Assembly: GCA_964425745.1 (NCBI GenBank)
Contig: CAYRNW010000012.1
Location: 250-64,249, forward strand
Origin: an uncultured Eubacteriales bacterium
Lineage (GTDB): Bacteria; Bacillota; JAAYKD01
Reading direction: 5' to 3'
Length of the DNA: 64,000 nt
Below are positions 1 through 11,000 of this stretch, piece by piece (positions within the stretch are counted from its first letter, which is position 1; every line of letters begins with the position of its first letter). The position numbers were made by a program, and so were the translations under genes. The notes under the pieces were generated by a model. The model was not told the DNA's origin. It saw only the letters and a program-made list of their open reading frames with translations, and made no database searches.

Positions 1-3000
1 CTTCTAAAAGTCCCATCGTTTCTTAACGTTGGTGGAGAAAGCCAAGCAATAGTCGCAATATATTGATCTGTTTCATTCACTGTAGAATCTGGTGTGTTCT
101 TCCATGACGGAGCCGTTATTCCGCTAATTGCTGCAATGTCGATCGTCTGCAAGATTGTTGTCGTGGGACTGCTCAGAACGGCTGATCCTGGGGTGATTCC
201 GGCACTTGCAACAGGTGTTACTTGGAATCTAATGGTTTTTCCGCGTTCATTCGTTGTTAAGGTATAGGTTGTTGAAGTAGCTCCCGGTATTGCTTCATCA
301 TCAGCATACCATTGATATGAGGTGGCGCCTTCGCCATCTAAATCATCATCACTGTACTCATAACTGCCATCAAGACGTTGACCTACCCGTAAGGTTCCCG
401 AAATGCTTACATTGCTTGCCACCGGTGCGTGTTGTTCGGTTACGGTTAAAGTGGCAGTCTCAGTCGTCTGCAAAGTAGCATCATGAGTTATCGTGACTGG
501 TTGCCCATTATGCAAGGCCGCTGTTAAGGTAGAACCGTTCGCCGGGGAAGCATTGAAACCAATTGCGACACCGTCGATGAATTCCACTACCACTGTACTA
601 CCATCGTTATAGGTTTCCGTAATGACCAGACCAACTAATGATAAAATCTCAGTCATCTCTTTGTAAACCAGTTTACTTGGTTGTGTGGTTGCTTCAATTG
701 AAACCAGTTGCAATGCGACAGTTGCTGGGAACTCCGCTAAAAAGGTCACAGTATTGCCCGCTCCATTACCACTCCGTACCGTGTTCGAAATCGTTGAAGC
801 ACCAACAATACTAGGTCTAAACGGAGTCGCAGAAAATGCTGTTCCGTTCTTAGAAGTTAGGGTAATCGTTGCTGTGTAAGCCGTATCAGCAGCGTACTTT
901 CCGCCTGTTGTCAGAGCAGGACTCCAACTTAAGGATGATACTGTAAAGTTCGGATCAGAGGTTAACGTTTCCACATCCCCCGAATTCTCCGGCGTTGCAC
1001 CAACTACAGGAGTGGTCATGTTAACTGTCGCAGCTGAGAGCGCGGAGGTTGCAACAGGCAAGGATTCTGCACTACTTACAACAGACCCCGTCAAAGTACC
1101 ACGTTCTGCTACAGGAGTAACTTTGAAGAAAACTGTTTTACCGGCATTGGCAGCAGTTAACAAATAAGTCAAGTAGCTGCTACCGGCCCCAGAGGATACC
1201 GATACTGAATCGACAATCCATTCATAATACGTAGAATCCGTATCTACTTCATCGCCATTGACATCAGAATAAACATAGTAACCGGTGAGGGTTTCACCTT
1301 TGACAAGTTCACCTAATATACTTACATTGGTTGCTTTCGGTGGCGCTTCTACTGAGAGCGGAGCGGTTCCAATTGTTACATTGCTATCAGTATGTGTAAT
1401 GCTAACTTCGTAAAGGTGATTATCACCTGTTAAAGCGCTTCCATTCATTGGCGAAGTTTCGTATCCTGCTGGTGTTCCAGAAGCAAAACTAACTGTGGCT
1501 GTACTGCCATCGTTGTAAAGCTCAGTGAATTCTAAGCCAGACAAATCTAAGACATCATCGGACCCTTCGGTATAGCTGAGCTTCGTTGGCTGACTCAGTA
1601 TTGTTAGACTTGACACTTTCAAAGGTTCAGTAGCATCATAGTTTACGGTAAACTCAACCGTATTCCCTACTACACCAGTATCAGACACTGTTATGTCGGA
1701 TATTGAAGAGGAACCTGAAACAATCGGTGCAAAACTTGGCACAAAGGTTTTCATGTTCTTGGATTCCATGGTTACCGTAGCAGAGTAGCTTGTATCAGTG
1801 TTAAATTTTCCTAAAGGTGTCATGGGTTCGTTCCAGACCACATTGGTAACCACAAAATCAACCGAGGAATTCACCCCTTCAACTTGAGAAGTAGTCTGTG
1901 GTGTAGCTCCTACCACAGGAGCAACCATACTGATGACAGGAGACTCGATCAGTCCAATCACAACTGTATCGGTTTGAGCTGAGACCTGACCGGTATACGC
2001 TCCGCTTCCAGTTGCAATGACTTTCATATAGTAATTGTATTGATTCGGTTGAAGCGCATACGAGGACGAAGTAGCTCCCGGAATATCGGCATAAACTCCA
2101 TCTGCTGCGGTGAAAACTTGCCACTGGTAGGTTGCCGTTGCTCCTTCAGGCAAGAGGTTTGCTGCCGTAAGTGTTTCTCCTACCTGAATGATGCCACCAA
2201 TATCGACATGGGTCAGCGCGGTCGGTGACAAAGTGACTGGACCGGTATAATTACTCATGATTGTACCGGAATAGCTTTCCGAGCCAGTGACCTCCACCTT
2301 GAAATAGTAATCTTCTGCTTCACTATCAGCAAAGGTGTAGGCATTTGATGTAGCTCCTTCAATAGCAGTATACTCTCCTGTTGGAATTGTTGTGTTCGAC
2401 TTATACCACTGATAGGTCACCTCTGCACCGAGCGGCGTTACAACACCCGCTGTTAACGTAATATTTGAAGCCTTAGTAGTATAAAGAATATCAGAAATCG
2501 CTAAAATTGGAATGGCTTCCCCAAAACCTACAACCGGTCCTTTCACACTTGATGTCACAGTTCCTGAATAAGAACCACTCCCTGTAGCAACAACCTTGAA
2601 ATACATACCTAAGTCGCTTTCTTGAACCATATATTGATTGTTGGTAGCTCCGGCTATGTTTTCAAAAGTATCTTGTGGATTCATTGCTCTTTGCCACTGA
2701 TATGTTACAGTTGCTCCTAATGGCAATACAGTCCCTGCAGTTAAGGTTTGCCCAGGTGACGTAGTTCCTTGGATAGCGCCAATGGAAGTTAAAGGGTTCA
2801 CCGGCTCTTCCTCAAGAATGTAGCCAATTGTTTTTTGTTGGCTACCACTATAAGCCCCTGTTCCGGTAATGGTTACACGAATTTGACGGTTTACGGTTTT
2901 CCAATTCAATAAACCAAGTTTTTCTGGAATTAAAACTGAATTCGTTGTAATTCCTGTATCTGTCCAACCAAGAATCGCAATATTAATCTCCCATTTGTAG

Positions 3001-6000
3001 GACACTGTGGCATCTGCCGGGATGGGAACACCAGCAACAAGAGATTGGCCGATTCTAAGTGAACCGCTCCACTCACCAATTCCTGTAATGATGCATGGCT
3101 GTATTGGTCCCTGAACTCCACTATAGACTTCTTTTGAATATGCTCCTGCACCTACCGCTTTTACACGGATATATTGTAAATAATCATCAACAGTCAAAGT
3201 GTATGATGTTTCAGTAGCTCCTGGAATATCTTGGAATGGCCCATCCTCCTCAACTCCGCGTTGCCATTGAATCGTTGCCTGTGCACCAGCGGGTGACAGA
3301 GTGTCCTTATTAACTGTTAATGGAGAATTGACTCTCAGGGTTCCAGTAAATGCGCCAATCGAAGTCAGCTCTATTGCAGAACTCTCAACCACCGGTCCAA
3401 CTGAATCACTAAGCCGCGAACCAGTATAAGCTCCAACGCCTGTTACCTGTACTTTGAAAGAGCAATTCAAATCATCCTCTGTTAGGGTAATAGCAGCTTT
3501 GGTAGCACCTGACACTTCAACAAAGTCGGTGCCTGAAGTATTAGATTTCAGCCATTGATAATTCACTGTTGCGCCTAGCGGAATTACTGTACCTGCATGC
3601 AAGGATTGACTGACTACAGTTGTTCCAACAATGGAAGAGATCGAGGATAAATTGCTTGGCTGAATCTGTGATGTAGGTGCACTTTCGACCCAACCTGTAT
3701 ACCCACCTGACCCTGTTGCAACAACTTTTAAAATTGAATTGTAATCTGAAGCTTGAAGCAAATAGGTTTTTGAAGTTGCACCTGGAATTTCACTATAGGT
3801 TTCTGCACCCGGCGATTTTCTTAACCACTGATAGGTTATTGAAGCCCCATATGGAGTTGTATTACCCGCGGTTAACAAACTTCCGACTCTTGTACTTCCA
3901 GTAATATCGGCGATAGCAACAACTTTATAAGGTGACGAATTAATCTCCCCAAATTTCTGACTCGTAGCACCCCCACTATAAGCAGACCCAGATGCTGCTG
4001 AGACTATTACATCGATAAAATGATCCTGATCATCCTCTGTTGTCGTATAATAATAGCTATTTGCATCATCTATTGTTTCAATTTGCCAGCCTAACAAAGG
4101 ACTATATTTATGTCTTCTCCATTGGTACGTGACGTTTGCTCCTTCAGGAACAACGGGTCCACTCGTAACAGTTCCACCAACATTGGTGCTACCTGTGATG
4201 TTGCCAACCGAAACAATGCTTTGACGGCCGGTGACCAAGAGATTTGACCCCGTCTTCGTATCAGTATAAATTCCCGTTCCGGTGACGACAGGGCGAACAT
4301 AAAAGTTATAATCGGCTGCTGTCAACGTGTAAGTCGAGGAAGTGGCTCCCGGTATATTCGTGTAATTCGTCCCAGCAGAATCGGATCTTTGCCACTGAAC
4401 AGTATAGGTCGCTGCTCCTGGATCCACTGATCCAATCGTCAAATTCTGACCGACCGTGGCAGTTCCGGTCGTGTTTGTAATCGAGTTCAGTGCAATTAGA
4501 GTTGTTCCACTGGCAGAGATGATGTTGGTGGCAGGGCTCTCGTACGAACCTTCATACGACCCTGTGCCTGTAACAACCAAGCGAATTGTTTTTCCTTCAT
4601 CTGTGGTCGTTAAAAGGTAGCTATTCAATGTGGCACTAGGGATATCTTGGAATCCGCTGCCATCGTTGCGTTGCCACTGATAACTCACAGAGGCCCCTAC
4701 GGGTGTAATGCTTCCCGCCACCAATGTTTGGTTGACAATGGTTTGACCTTGAGGTGCTAAAACCTGGCTAATGATTCCTTTAGAGATGAAATCCGTAGGG
4801 CTACTGATGACTTCACCAAAATACGTTCCAAACCCTGTTGCAATAACTTTCATGTATTTGGCTTGGTCATTTTCAGTTAACGTATACTGGCTGTATGTGG
4901 CTCCAACAATTGCCTCGTAAGTGCCATCTACTTCTGCCGATCGTAGCCACTGGTAAGAAATCGTAGAACCATGAGGTAATACCACCCCAGCGGATAAGGT
5001 TTGTCCTACTCGAGTCACACCGGTGATATCGCTAATGGAAGAGATGGCGTTGGGGCTTCCAACCGGACCGGTGTTGTTGCTATATAAGGTGTCAGAATAA
5101 CCATTTTTGCCGGTAACAGAAACACGAATAAATCGATTGTTCACATCGGTTGAAATCATATAGGTATTGGATGTTTCACCAACAATATTCACGTAGGTTG
5201 TTCCGTTATAGTATTGCCATTGGTAATTCACTTCCGCCCCAACCGGTAAAACAGTGCCTGCCGTGAGAACCTGGCCTACCTGTGCTTTACCAATCACATT
5301 AGATATGGACGTAATGGGTCTCGTTACAATAGGACCAAATGGAGGACTCGATACACCCCCTATATTAGTGTAATACGTTCCTGCTCCATATACTGTTAGA
5401 ATTAAGTGCTTGTTTAAGTCTTGATAAGTAGTTGTATACGATGAAGTGGTTGCTCCACTTATTGAAGTATACGGTCCAACAGCGAAATCCGCACGCTTCC
5501 ACTGATAGGTTACGGTTGCACCAATGGGGTTTGTCACTCCTGCTTGTATAGTTTGACCAATTTGTGGGTACCCGTTTATAGCCCCAATCGCTGTCACTTC
5601 TACGGGTTGTGCCAGAACTGGGCCGGAGAATGTGCTTAGTCGGATCCCACTGTATAAATTTGTTCCTGTGACTTGAACTTTTATAAATCTCCCAATATCG
5701 TCATTGCTGACTACATAGATATCTGATGTTGCACCGGCAATGGGTAAGTAATTCTCTCCGTTGGTATCTGAGATCAGCCACTGATATATCACAGTGGCAT
5801 CTGCTGGGGTCACAGCCCCGGCTGTTAAGACAGAAGTCACGGAAGCGGTACCACTAATCGTACCAATGGCAGTAAGGGGAGCCGTTGCAATCGGCCCAGC
5901 AAATCGACTAGTAACGGAACCCGTATAGGATCCGGAACCGGTAGCAATCACTTTAAAGAAATAACCTTTATCTGCCCCGGTGAGCACCAACGTTTTTGCA

Positions 6001-7742
6001 GTAGCTCCATTTATGGGAAGGTATGACCCATTCAGGGTCTCGCTACGAGTCCACTGATACGTAACCGATGCGCCATACGGTGAAACGGTTCCGGCTGTCA
6101 GGGTTTGGAACACCTGGGTAATTCCAATGCTGTCAGCAATGGAAGTAAGAGAGGTTAAGGGCTCTGTATCGGATACAGGCACTACATAACTGCTGTTTAC
6201 CGTTCCGGTATAAGCCCCGGTGCCTGAGACAGAAACTCGAACATACTTGTTAACGTCGGTCGCAGTCAAATCGTAAGTAGAAGTTGTAACACCCAGATTA
6301 CTATAGGGACCATTTGGCGAAGTTGCTCTCTGCCATGAATATACCACGGTCGCTCCTGCTGGTAAAACACTACCGGCTGTTATGGTTCGCCCTTCTACAG
6401 CAGAACCACTAATGTTCCCAATCGATTGCAGTGATCTTGGAGCAATGGGTCCATGAGCATCGCTTTCTTTGCTACCGGAATACGACCCGGAACCAACGGC
6501 AATTACCTTTAAATAATCTCCGACATCATCAGGAGCAATGGTATAGGTTTGGTTCGCAGCTCCACTGATGAGGTTCCATGGCTCATTACCATCTTCCGAT
6601 TGATACCACTGATACGATGCAGTAGCTCCAACGGGTTCTAAAACACCTGCTGTGACTGTTTGCCCCACTTGAGCACTTCCTACGATGGTGCCAATAGATT
6701 GTAAAGATATACCTGCCGCTGCAGCTACAACCCGTCCACTACGAACTGAAGTCACGCTCCCGGAATATTCCCCGGTAGCCGTTGCCACCACACGTAAATG
6801 ACGATTGAGATCATTTAATTCAGCCGGTTCATCATCTGGAACGTAAGTAGGCGAATTAGCACCAAGAATATCTGTATAGATACTTCCTGAAAGGTCGGAG
6901 CGCTGCCATTGATACGTTACTGTTGACCCCAAAGGGGTTACAGTTCCCGCAGTAAGGGTTGTCCCAATTGTGGTCGTTCCCATAATGGCACCTATACTGG
7001 TAATTGGTGTCTTACTGCTTCGTATAGGGCCCAATTCTGCATAGACCGTATTACTGTAGGTATTGGAGCCGGTGGCATAGACTCGAACAAACTTATCCAC
7101 CATGCTTTCTGTTAGTGATAAGCTGTTCGTGGCTGCACTGCTAATATTGCTGTAATCTCCATTCATAGAATCGGCTATTTTCCACTGATAGGTTGCTGTT
7201 GCTACAGAAGGAGTTAACGCCCCTGCAAAAAGTGTTTGACCGGTTATGGGTTCTCCAACTATATTGGCGATGCCTGTAATGGGTGTCGCAGCAACAACAA
7301 CGGGACCTGCCTCAGCACTATAGATGGTGTTGATGTAATCACCGGTACCTTTTGCTGCAACGCGAATGTATCTGTTGTTATCATCGAAAACCAAGGTGTA
7401 TTTTTCCTGATTCGCTCCGGGGATGTCAATAAATACACCAGTTCGCGAATTCGCTCTTTGCCACTGGTAAGTAAAAGTCGCTCCACTTGGCAACACAACC
7501 CCAGCTGTTAGTTCTTCGTATTGTTTGGTTGTTCCGGAGATGTTCCCAACCGATTCCAATCGAAGCCCCATATTTCCAGAGACAAAGGACAATTCGGTCT
7601 GAATCGTATCGAGGACATACTTCGAAGCTGTAGGGCTCGAGGCAATGATTGCCGTAACTAATACTGTAGCAAGTAAGATTAATGCGAATAAATTATTAAG
7701 AGGTATAGAAGATTGTTGAACGTTCTTTCGTTTAAGTCTCAC
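1..7742 (-). CDS. Giant secreted Ig-like repeat protein B (putative adhesin), partial: 3' end lies beyond the left window edge; at least 2580 aa
   Basis: Not in the ORF track because it has no stop inside the window. GTG at 7742 follows SD GGGAGG. N-terminus reads MRLKRKNVQQSSIPLNNLFALILLATVLVTAIIASSPTASKYVLDTIQTELSFVSGN. Manual translation at ~7500, ~2050 and 3-120 stays in one frame and is paralogous to 8049..15695. About 20 YQW-type repeats are followed by APV/Big/AIR9-like modules. Confidence 0.92.
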   Translation of the reverse strand, partial: MRLKRKNVQQSSIPLNNLFALILLATVLVTAIIASSPTASKYVLDTIQTELSFVSGNMGLRLESVGNISGTTKQYEELTAGVVLPSGATFTYQWQRANSRTGVFIDIPGANQEKYTLVFDDNNRYIRVAAKGTGDYINTIYSAEAGPVVVAATPITGIANIVGEPITGQTLFAGALTPSVATATYQWKIADSMNGDYSNISSAATNSLSLTESMVDKFVRVYATGSNTYSNTVYAELGPIRSSKTPITSIGAIMGTTTIGTTLTAGTVTPLGSTVTYQWQRSDLSGSIYTDILGANSPTYVPDDEPAELNDLNRHLRVVATATGEYSGSVTSVRSGRVVAAAAGISLQSIGTIVGSAQVGQTVTAGVLEPVGATASYQWYQSEDGNEPWNLISGAANQTYTIAPDDVGDYLKVIAVGSGSYSGSKESDAHGPIAPRSLQSIGNISGSAVEGRTITAGSVLPAGATVVYSWQRATSPNGPYSNLGVTTSTYDLTATDVNKYVRVSVSGTGAYTGTVNSSYVVPVSDTEPLTSLTSIADSIGITQVFQTLTAGTVSPYGASVTYQWTRSETLNGSYLPINGATAKTLVLTGADKGYFFKVIATGSGSYTGSVTSRFAGPIATAPLTAIGTISGTASVTSVLTAGAVTPADATVIYQWLISDTNGENYLPIAGATSDIYVVSNDDIGRFIKVQVTGTNLYSGIRLSTFSGPVLAQPVEVTAIGAINGYPQIGQTIQAGVTNPIGATVTYQWKRADFAVGPYTSISGATTSSYTTTYQDLNKHLILTVYGAGTYYTNIGGVSSPPFGPIVTRPITSISNVIGKAQVGQVLTAGTVLPVGAEVNYQWQYYNGTTYVNIVGETSNTYMISTDVNNRFIRVSVTGKNGYSDTLYSNNTGPVGSPNAISSISDITGVTRVGQTLSAGVVLPHGSTISYQWLRSAEVDGTYEAIVGATYSQYTLTENDQAKYMKVIATGFGTYFGEVISSPTDFISKGIISQVLAPQGQTIVNQTLVAGSITPVGASVSYQWQRNDGSGFQDIPSATLNSYLLTTTDEGKTIRLVVTGTGSYEGSYESPATNIISASGTTLIALNSITNTTGTATVGQNLTIGSVDPGAATYTVQWQRSDSAGTNYTNIPGATSSTYTLTAADYNFYVRPVVTGTGIYTDTKTGSNLLVTGRQSIVSVGNITGSTNVGGTVTSGPVVPEGANVTYQWRRHKYSPLLGWQIETIDDANSYYYTTTEDDQDHFIDVIVSAASGSAYSGGATSQKFGEINSSPYKVVAIADITGSTRVGSLLTAGNTTPYGASITYQWLRKSPGAETYSEIPGATSKTYLLQASDYNSILKVVATGSGGYTGWVESAPTSQIQPSNLSSISSIVGTTVVSQSLHAGTVIPLGATVNYQWLKSNTSGTDFVEVSGATKAAITLTEDDLNCSFKVQVTGVGAYTGSRLSDSVGPVVESSAIELTSIGAFTGTLRVNSPLTVNKDTLSPAGAQATIQWQRGVEEDGPFQDIPGATETSYTLTVDDYLQYIRVKAVGAGAYSKEVYSGVQGPIQPCIITGIGEWSGSLRIGQSLVAGVPIPADATVSYKWEINIAILGWTDTGITTNSVLIPEKLGLLNWKTVNRQIRVTITGTGAYSGSQQKTIGYILEEEPVNPLTSIGAIQGTTSPGQTLTAGTVLPLGATVTYQWQRAMNPQDTFENIAGATNNQYMVQESDLGMYFKVVATGSGSYSGTVTSSVKGPVVGFGEAIPILAISDILYTTKASNITLTAGVVTPLGAEVTYQWYKSNTTIPTGEYTAIEGATSNAYTFADSEAEDYYFKVEVTGSESYSGTIMSNYTGPVTLSPTALTHVDIGGIIQVGETLTAANLLPEGATATYQWQVFTAADGVYADIPGATSSSYALQPNQYNYYMKVIATGSGAYTGQVSAQTDTVVIGLIESPVISMVAPVVGATPQTTSQVEGVNSSVDFVVTNVVWNEPMTPLGKFNTDTSYSATVTMESKNMKTFVPSFAPIVSGSSSISDITVSDTGVVGNTVEFTVNYDATEPLKVSSLTILSQPTKLSYTEGSDDVLDLSGLEFTELYNDGSTATVSFASGTPAGYETSPMNGSALTGDNHLYEVSITHTDSNVTIGTAPLSVEAPPKATNVSILGELVKGETLTGYYVYSDVNGDEVDTDSTYYEWIVDSVSVSSGAGSSYLTYLLTAANAGKTVFFKVTPVAERGTLTGSVVSSAESLPVATSALSAATVNMTTPVVGATPENSGDVETLTSDPNFTVSSLSWSPALTTGGKYAADTAYTATITLTSKNGTAFSATPFRPSIVGASTISNTVRSGNGAGNTVTFLAEFPATVALQLVSIEATTQPSKLVYKEMTEILSLVGLVITETYNDGSTVVVEFIDGVAIGFNASPANGSTLTAALHNGQPVTITHDATLQTTETATLTVTEQHAPVASNVSISGTLRVGQRLDGSYEYSDDDLDGEGATSYQWYADDEAIPGATSTTYTLTTNERGKTIRFQVTPVASAGITPGSAVLSSPTTTILQTIDIAAISGITAPSWKNTPDSTVNETDQYIATIAWLSPPTLRNDGTFR

Positions 7743-7808
7743 ACATCCTACCTCCCGACGTCAGCACACATTTAGCTTGAATGCATAAATTTCTATAGGC
7801 GGAACAAT

Positions 7809-7912
7809 AAAAAAACCGACCGCATTCCTGCGGTCGGACGGTCATCACTTCAACAGTGTTCAGACTCCAGACTTTGCGTCCTACTCTTTCAAGTAGTTTG
7901 CCAATAAACATC
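7809..7912 (-). ncRNA. c-di-GMP-I (GEMM) riboswitch with overlapping intrinsic terminator
   Basis: Minus strand reads GGCAAACTACTT-GAAA-GAGTAG-GACGCAAAGTCTGGAGTCTGA...ATGACCGTCCGACCGCA-GGAA-TGCGGTCGG-T7. It has the GGCAAAC, GAAA tetraloop, GACGCAAA and tetraloop-receptor motifs of class I. Confidence 0.9.
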
Positions 7913-7939
7913 ATAATTTGTCAAATTTAATCTGCCGAT

Positions 7940-7968
7940 ATTGTAACTTCTATTCAGACATATGTCAA
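7940..7968 (-). promoter_or_regulatory. Sigma-A promoter for giant protein B
   Basis: TTGACA (7968-7963), 17 nt spacer, TACAAT (7945-7940), directly upstream of the riboswitch. Confidence 0.8.
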
Positions 7969-8002
7969 GTATAATTTTTCACAAATTTCGAATTTTGCAA
8001 AC

Positions 8003-8035
8003 AAAAAGCCATCTCTTGATTTGAGATGACTTTTT
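8003..8035. terminator. Intrinsic terminator after giant protein A
   Basis: AAAAAGCCATCTC...GAGATGACTTTTT hairpin with A/T tracts on both sides, 14 nt past the stop at 8049. Confidence 0.75.
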
Positions 8036-8048
8036 ATTTTTTACTTAC

Positions 8049-11000
8049 TTAATTAGGAACCACTGCTTCAGTCGGATCACTCTGAACGGGATTACCTGGT
8101 GTTAGTCCAGTTGCTGCAAACGGTGTAACTTCAAAGCGAATCACCTTTCCTACATCACCGGCTTGCACCACATAGGTAGTTGTCGTTGCACTTGGTATTT
8201 CAACTGCATCTGCGTACCATTTGAAGGTGGATGTTCCTTGTGAATCACTGTTGGCGTCATAATATTCGTAAGACCCATTCAAGGGTTGTCCTACTTGAGC
8301 CGTTCCGCTGATGCTTACAGAACTTGCTACCGGTGCCACCTGCGCTTGTACCGCAAGGTTGCTGGTCGTAGCTGTTTTGGATGAGTCTGTGTGGGTGATT
8401 GTTATTGGTTGCCCATCATGATCTGCATTCGTCAATACAGTTCCATGAGCCGGATCAGCGGTATACCCTGCTGCTACTCCATCGGTAAAGGGGACTTGAA
8501 TTTGTGACCCATCGTTATGAGTAGCGGTAACAACTAAACCGTTAAGGGATAAGGTTGCATCCGTCATTTCAACATAGCTCATATCGGAGGGAGGTGCTTG
8601 AATGCTTAAACTATCAACCGCCAAAGCTCCGGTTTGCGGAAAGGAAACTGTGAAGGTAACCGTATTACCAATACCCAATCCGCTGGTGGTTGTAGTTCCT
8701 ACTGAACTCGCAGTTGTCACCGTGGGTGTAAAGAAAGTCCATTGGAACGTAGAATCATTCTTAGATGTCAAGGTGACCGTCGCTGTATACACCGTGTCCG
8801 CTTTGAATTTTCCAGCCGCAGTCAACGCTTCGTTCCAGGTAAGACCCGTTACCGTATAATCGTCATTTGCAGTTTGGGTTTCTACATTTTCTAGAGTATC
8901 GGGTGTAGTACCTAAGACCGGAGCAACAATGTTTACCGAAGCACTGGTGATGGTATTCGTTGCAACCGGTAAGGTTGTAGTGCTTGTAACCGCAGCACCG
9001 GTTGAACTTCCGCTTGCCGCAGCAGGGGTGACTTCTAAGAGAACCGTTTTACCGATATCGGCTGCTGTCAATGTATAGCTTAAATAACTACTTCCCGCAC
9101 CAGCAGAAACCGATACTGAGTCGATAAACCATTCATAATATGTAGTATCCGTATCTTCTGCATCACCGTTGACATCATAGTAGGAGTAGTTTCCTGTTAG
9201 TGCCGAATTTGCCGCTGCAGTCCCTGTTATAGTAACATTGCTCGCACTGGGTGGAGCTTCTACGAAGAGGTTGGCGGTAGTTGCTGTTTTCCCCGAAGCC
9301 GTATGAGTGATAGTCACGGAGCTATCGTGCTGAGCTCCCGTGAGGGTAGATCCATCTTCTGGAGAAGCGGTATATCCTGCTGCAGTGCCATCGGTGAAAA
9401 TTGTTGTGGTAATAGTACCATCATTGTTGGTTTCAGTAACCACCATTCCATCGAGTGCCAAAACACCATCGGTAGTTTCTACATAGACTAATTTGGTCGG
9501 TTGGGTTGTTACAGAGATAGAGGTTGGCATGAGAGCCCCGGTTGGTGCAAAGGTAGCAGTGAAGGAGACTGTATTTCCCACATCGCTACCGGAGGTGGTG
9601 GTCGTGCCAACCGAAGCTGCACTGGCTACCATGGGTGTAAAGGGAGTTGAAACAAAAATCTTGGTATTCTTGGAGGTCAAGGTCACGGTGGCAGTATACG
9701 CGGTTCCTGCTTTGAATTTTCCAAGGGGAGTTAATGCTTCGTTCCACACGAGGCCCGTCACTTCATAATCCGGATGATTGGTAGTGCTTTGCACCTGAGC
9801 TGCTGTTTGAGGAGTGGCCCCCAAAACTGGAGAAGCCATCGTAACTTGAGCCGAACTCAACAAGCCAATAATCTTGGATGTGGTATCTGCAAATTTAGAC
9901 CCCGTATATGCTCCACTACCGGTTGCAATCACCCGAACATAGTAGTTATATTGAGCTGGTTGCAGTGTATAGGTAGAGCCTGTTGCACCCGGTATGTCGG
10001 CGAAAACTCCTCCGGGACCGGTAAAGACTTGCCATTGGTAGGTTGCAGTTGGGTATGTGTCACCTGGCCATAAATTCTCAGCGGTTAAATTCACTGCGGA
10101 TAACGTCTCTCCCACTTTGTTAATCCCACTTACTTGGACACTAGTTAACTCTTCAGGTGTAACTACTACCGGTCCGGTTGCATTGCTTAAAGCCGTTCCG
10201 GAATAGCTACCTGAGCCGGTAACTTCTACTTTGAAGTAAGATCCCAAAGCTTGGTTCACCGGGATTGTATAAACACTGGATGTGGCTCCTGAAATGTTCG
10301 AGTAGGTTCCACCGAGTGAAGATGCAACCTTCCACTGATAAGTTACCGTTGCTCCCATGGGAGATACTGTTCCGGCAGTCAAAGTTAATTGCGGGACCGT
10401 TGTGTATAAGATATCCGATATAGAAGCAATTTGTATAAATGAACCGGAGGAAATAACCGGTCCGGTGGATGCTGAAGTCAATACCCCTGAATAATTTCCT
10501 GTTCCAGTAGCAACAACCCTCAAGTAGTAGTTCAAGTCCCCCGCTGGAATGGTATAACTGTTCGTTGTAGCACCCGCTATGTTCTGGAATGTTCCACTTG
10601 GAGTTAAACTTCTTTGCCATTGGTAATCTACAAATGCTGAAGCTCCGCTTGGTGTTATTGCACCGGCTGTTAAGGTTTGACCAACTGCTGAAGTACCAAC
10701 AATTGAGCCCATGGCTTCCAGCGTTTCTAAGGAACTATATGCTACGATATCTACGGTAGTTCCAGTCGTTCCTAGCGTTCCGGTATAAGCTCCCGTTCCG
10801 GTGATAATGACACGAATATCCCGTCCCACCGTGGAAGCATTATTTCCGGGTTGCCTGTCTGGAATCAATACCGACTGTGTTGAAACACCGATATTGTTCC
10901 AGCCTCCGCCTCCGCCTCCGCCTTGAGAAATCTCCCATTGGTAAGTCACCGTTGCTTCTGCAGGGTCAATGGAGAACGCAACCAAGGATTGATTGACTGA

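Noticed and set aside
7895-7905. Possible 3',3'-cGAMP-sensing (GEMM-Ib) variant riboswitches
   Set aside because: Both copies have G, not A, at the position equivalent to Vc2 G20.
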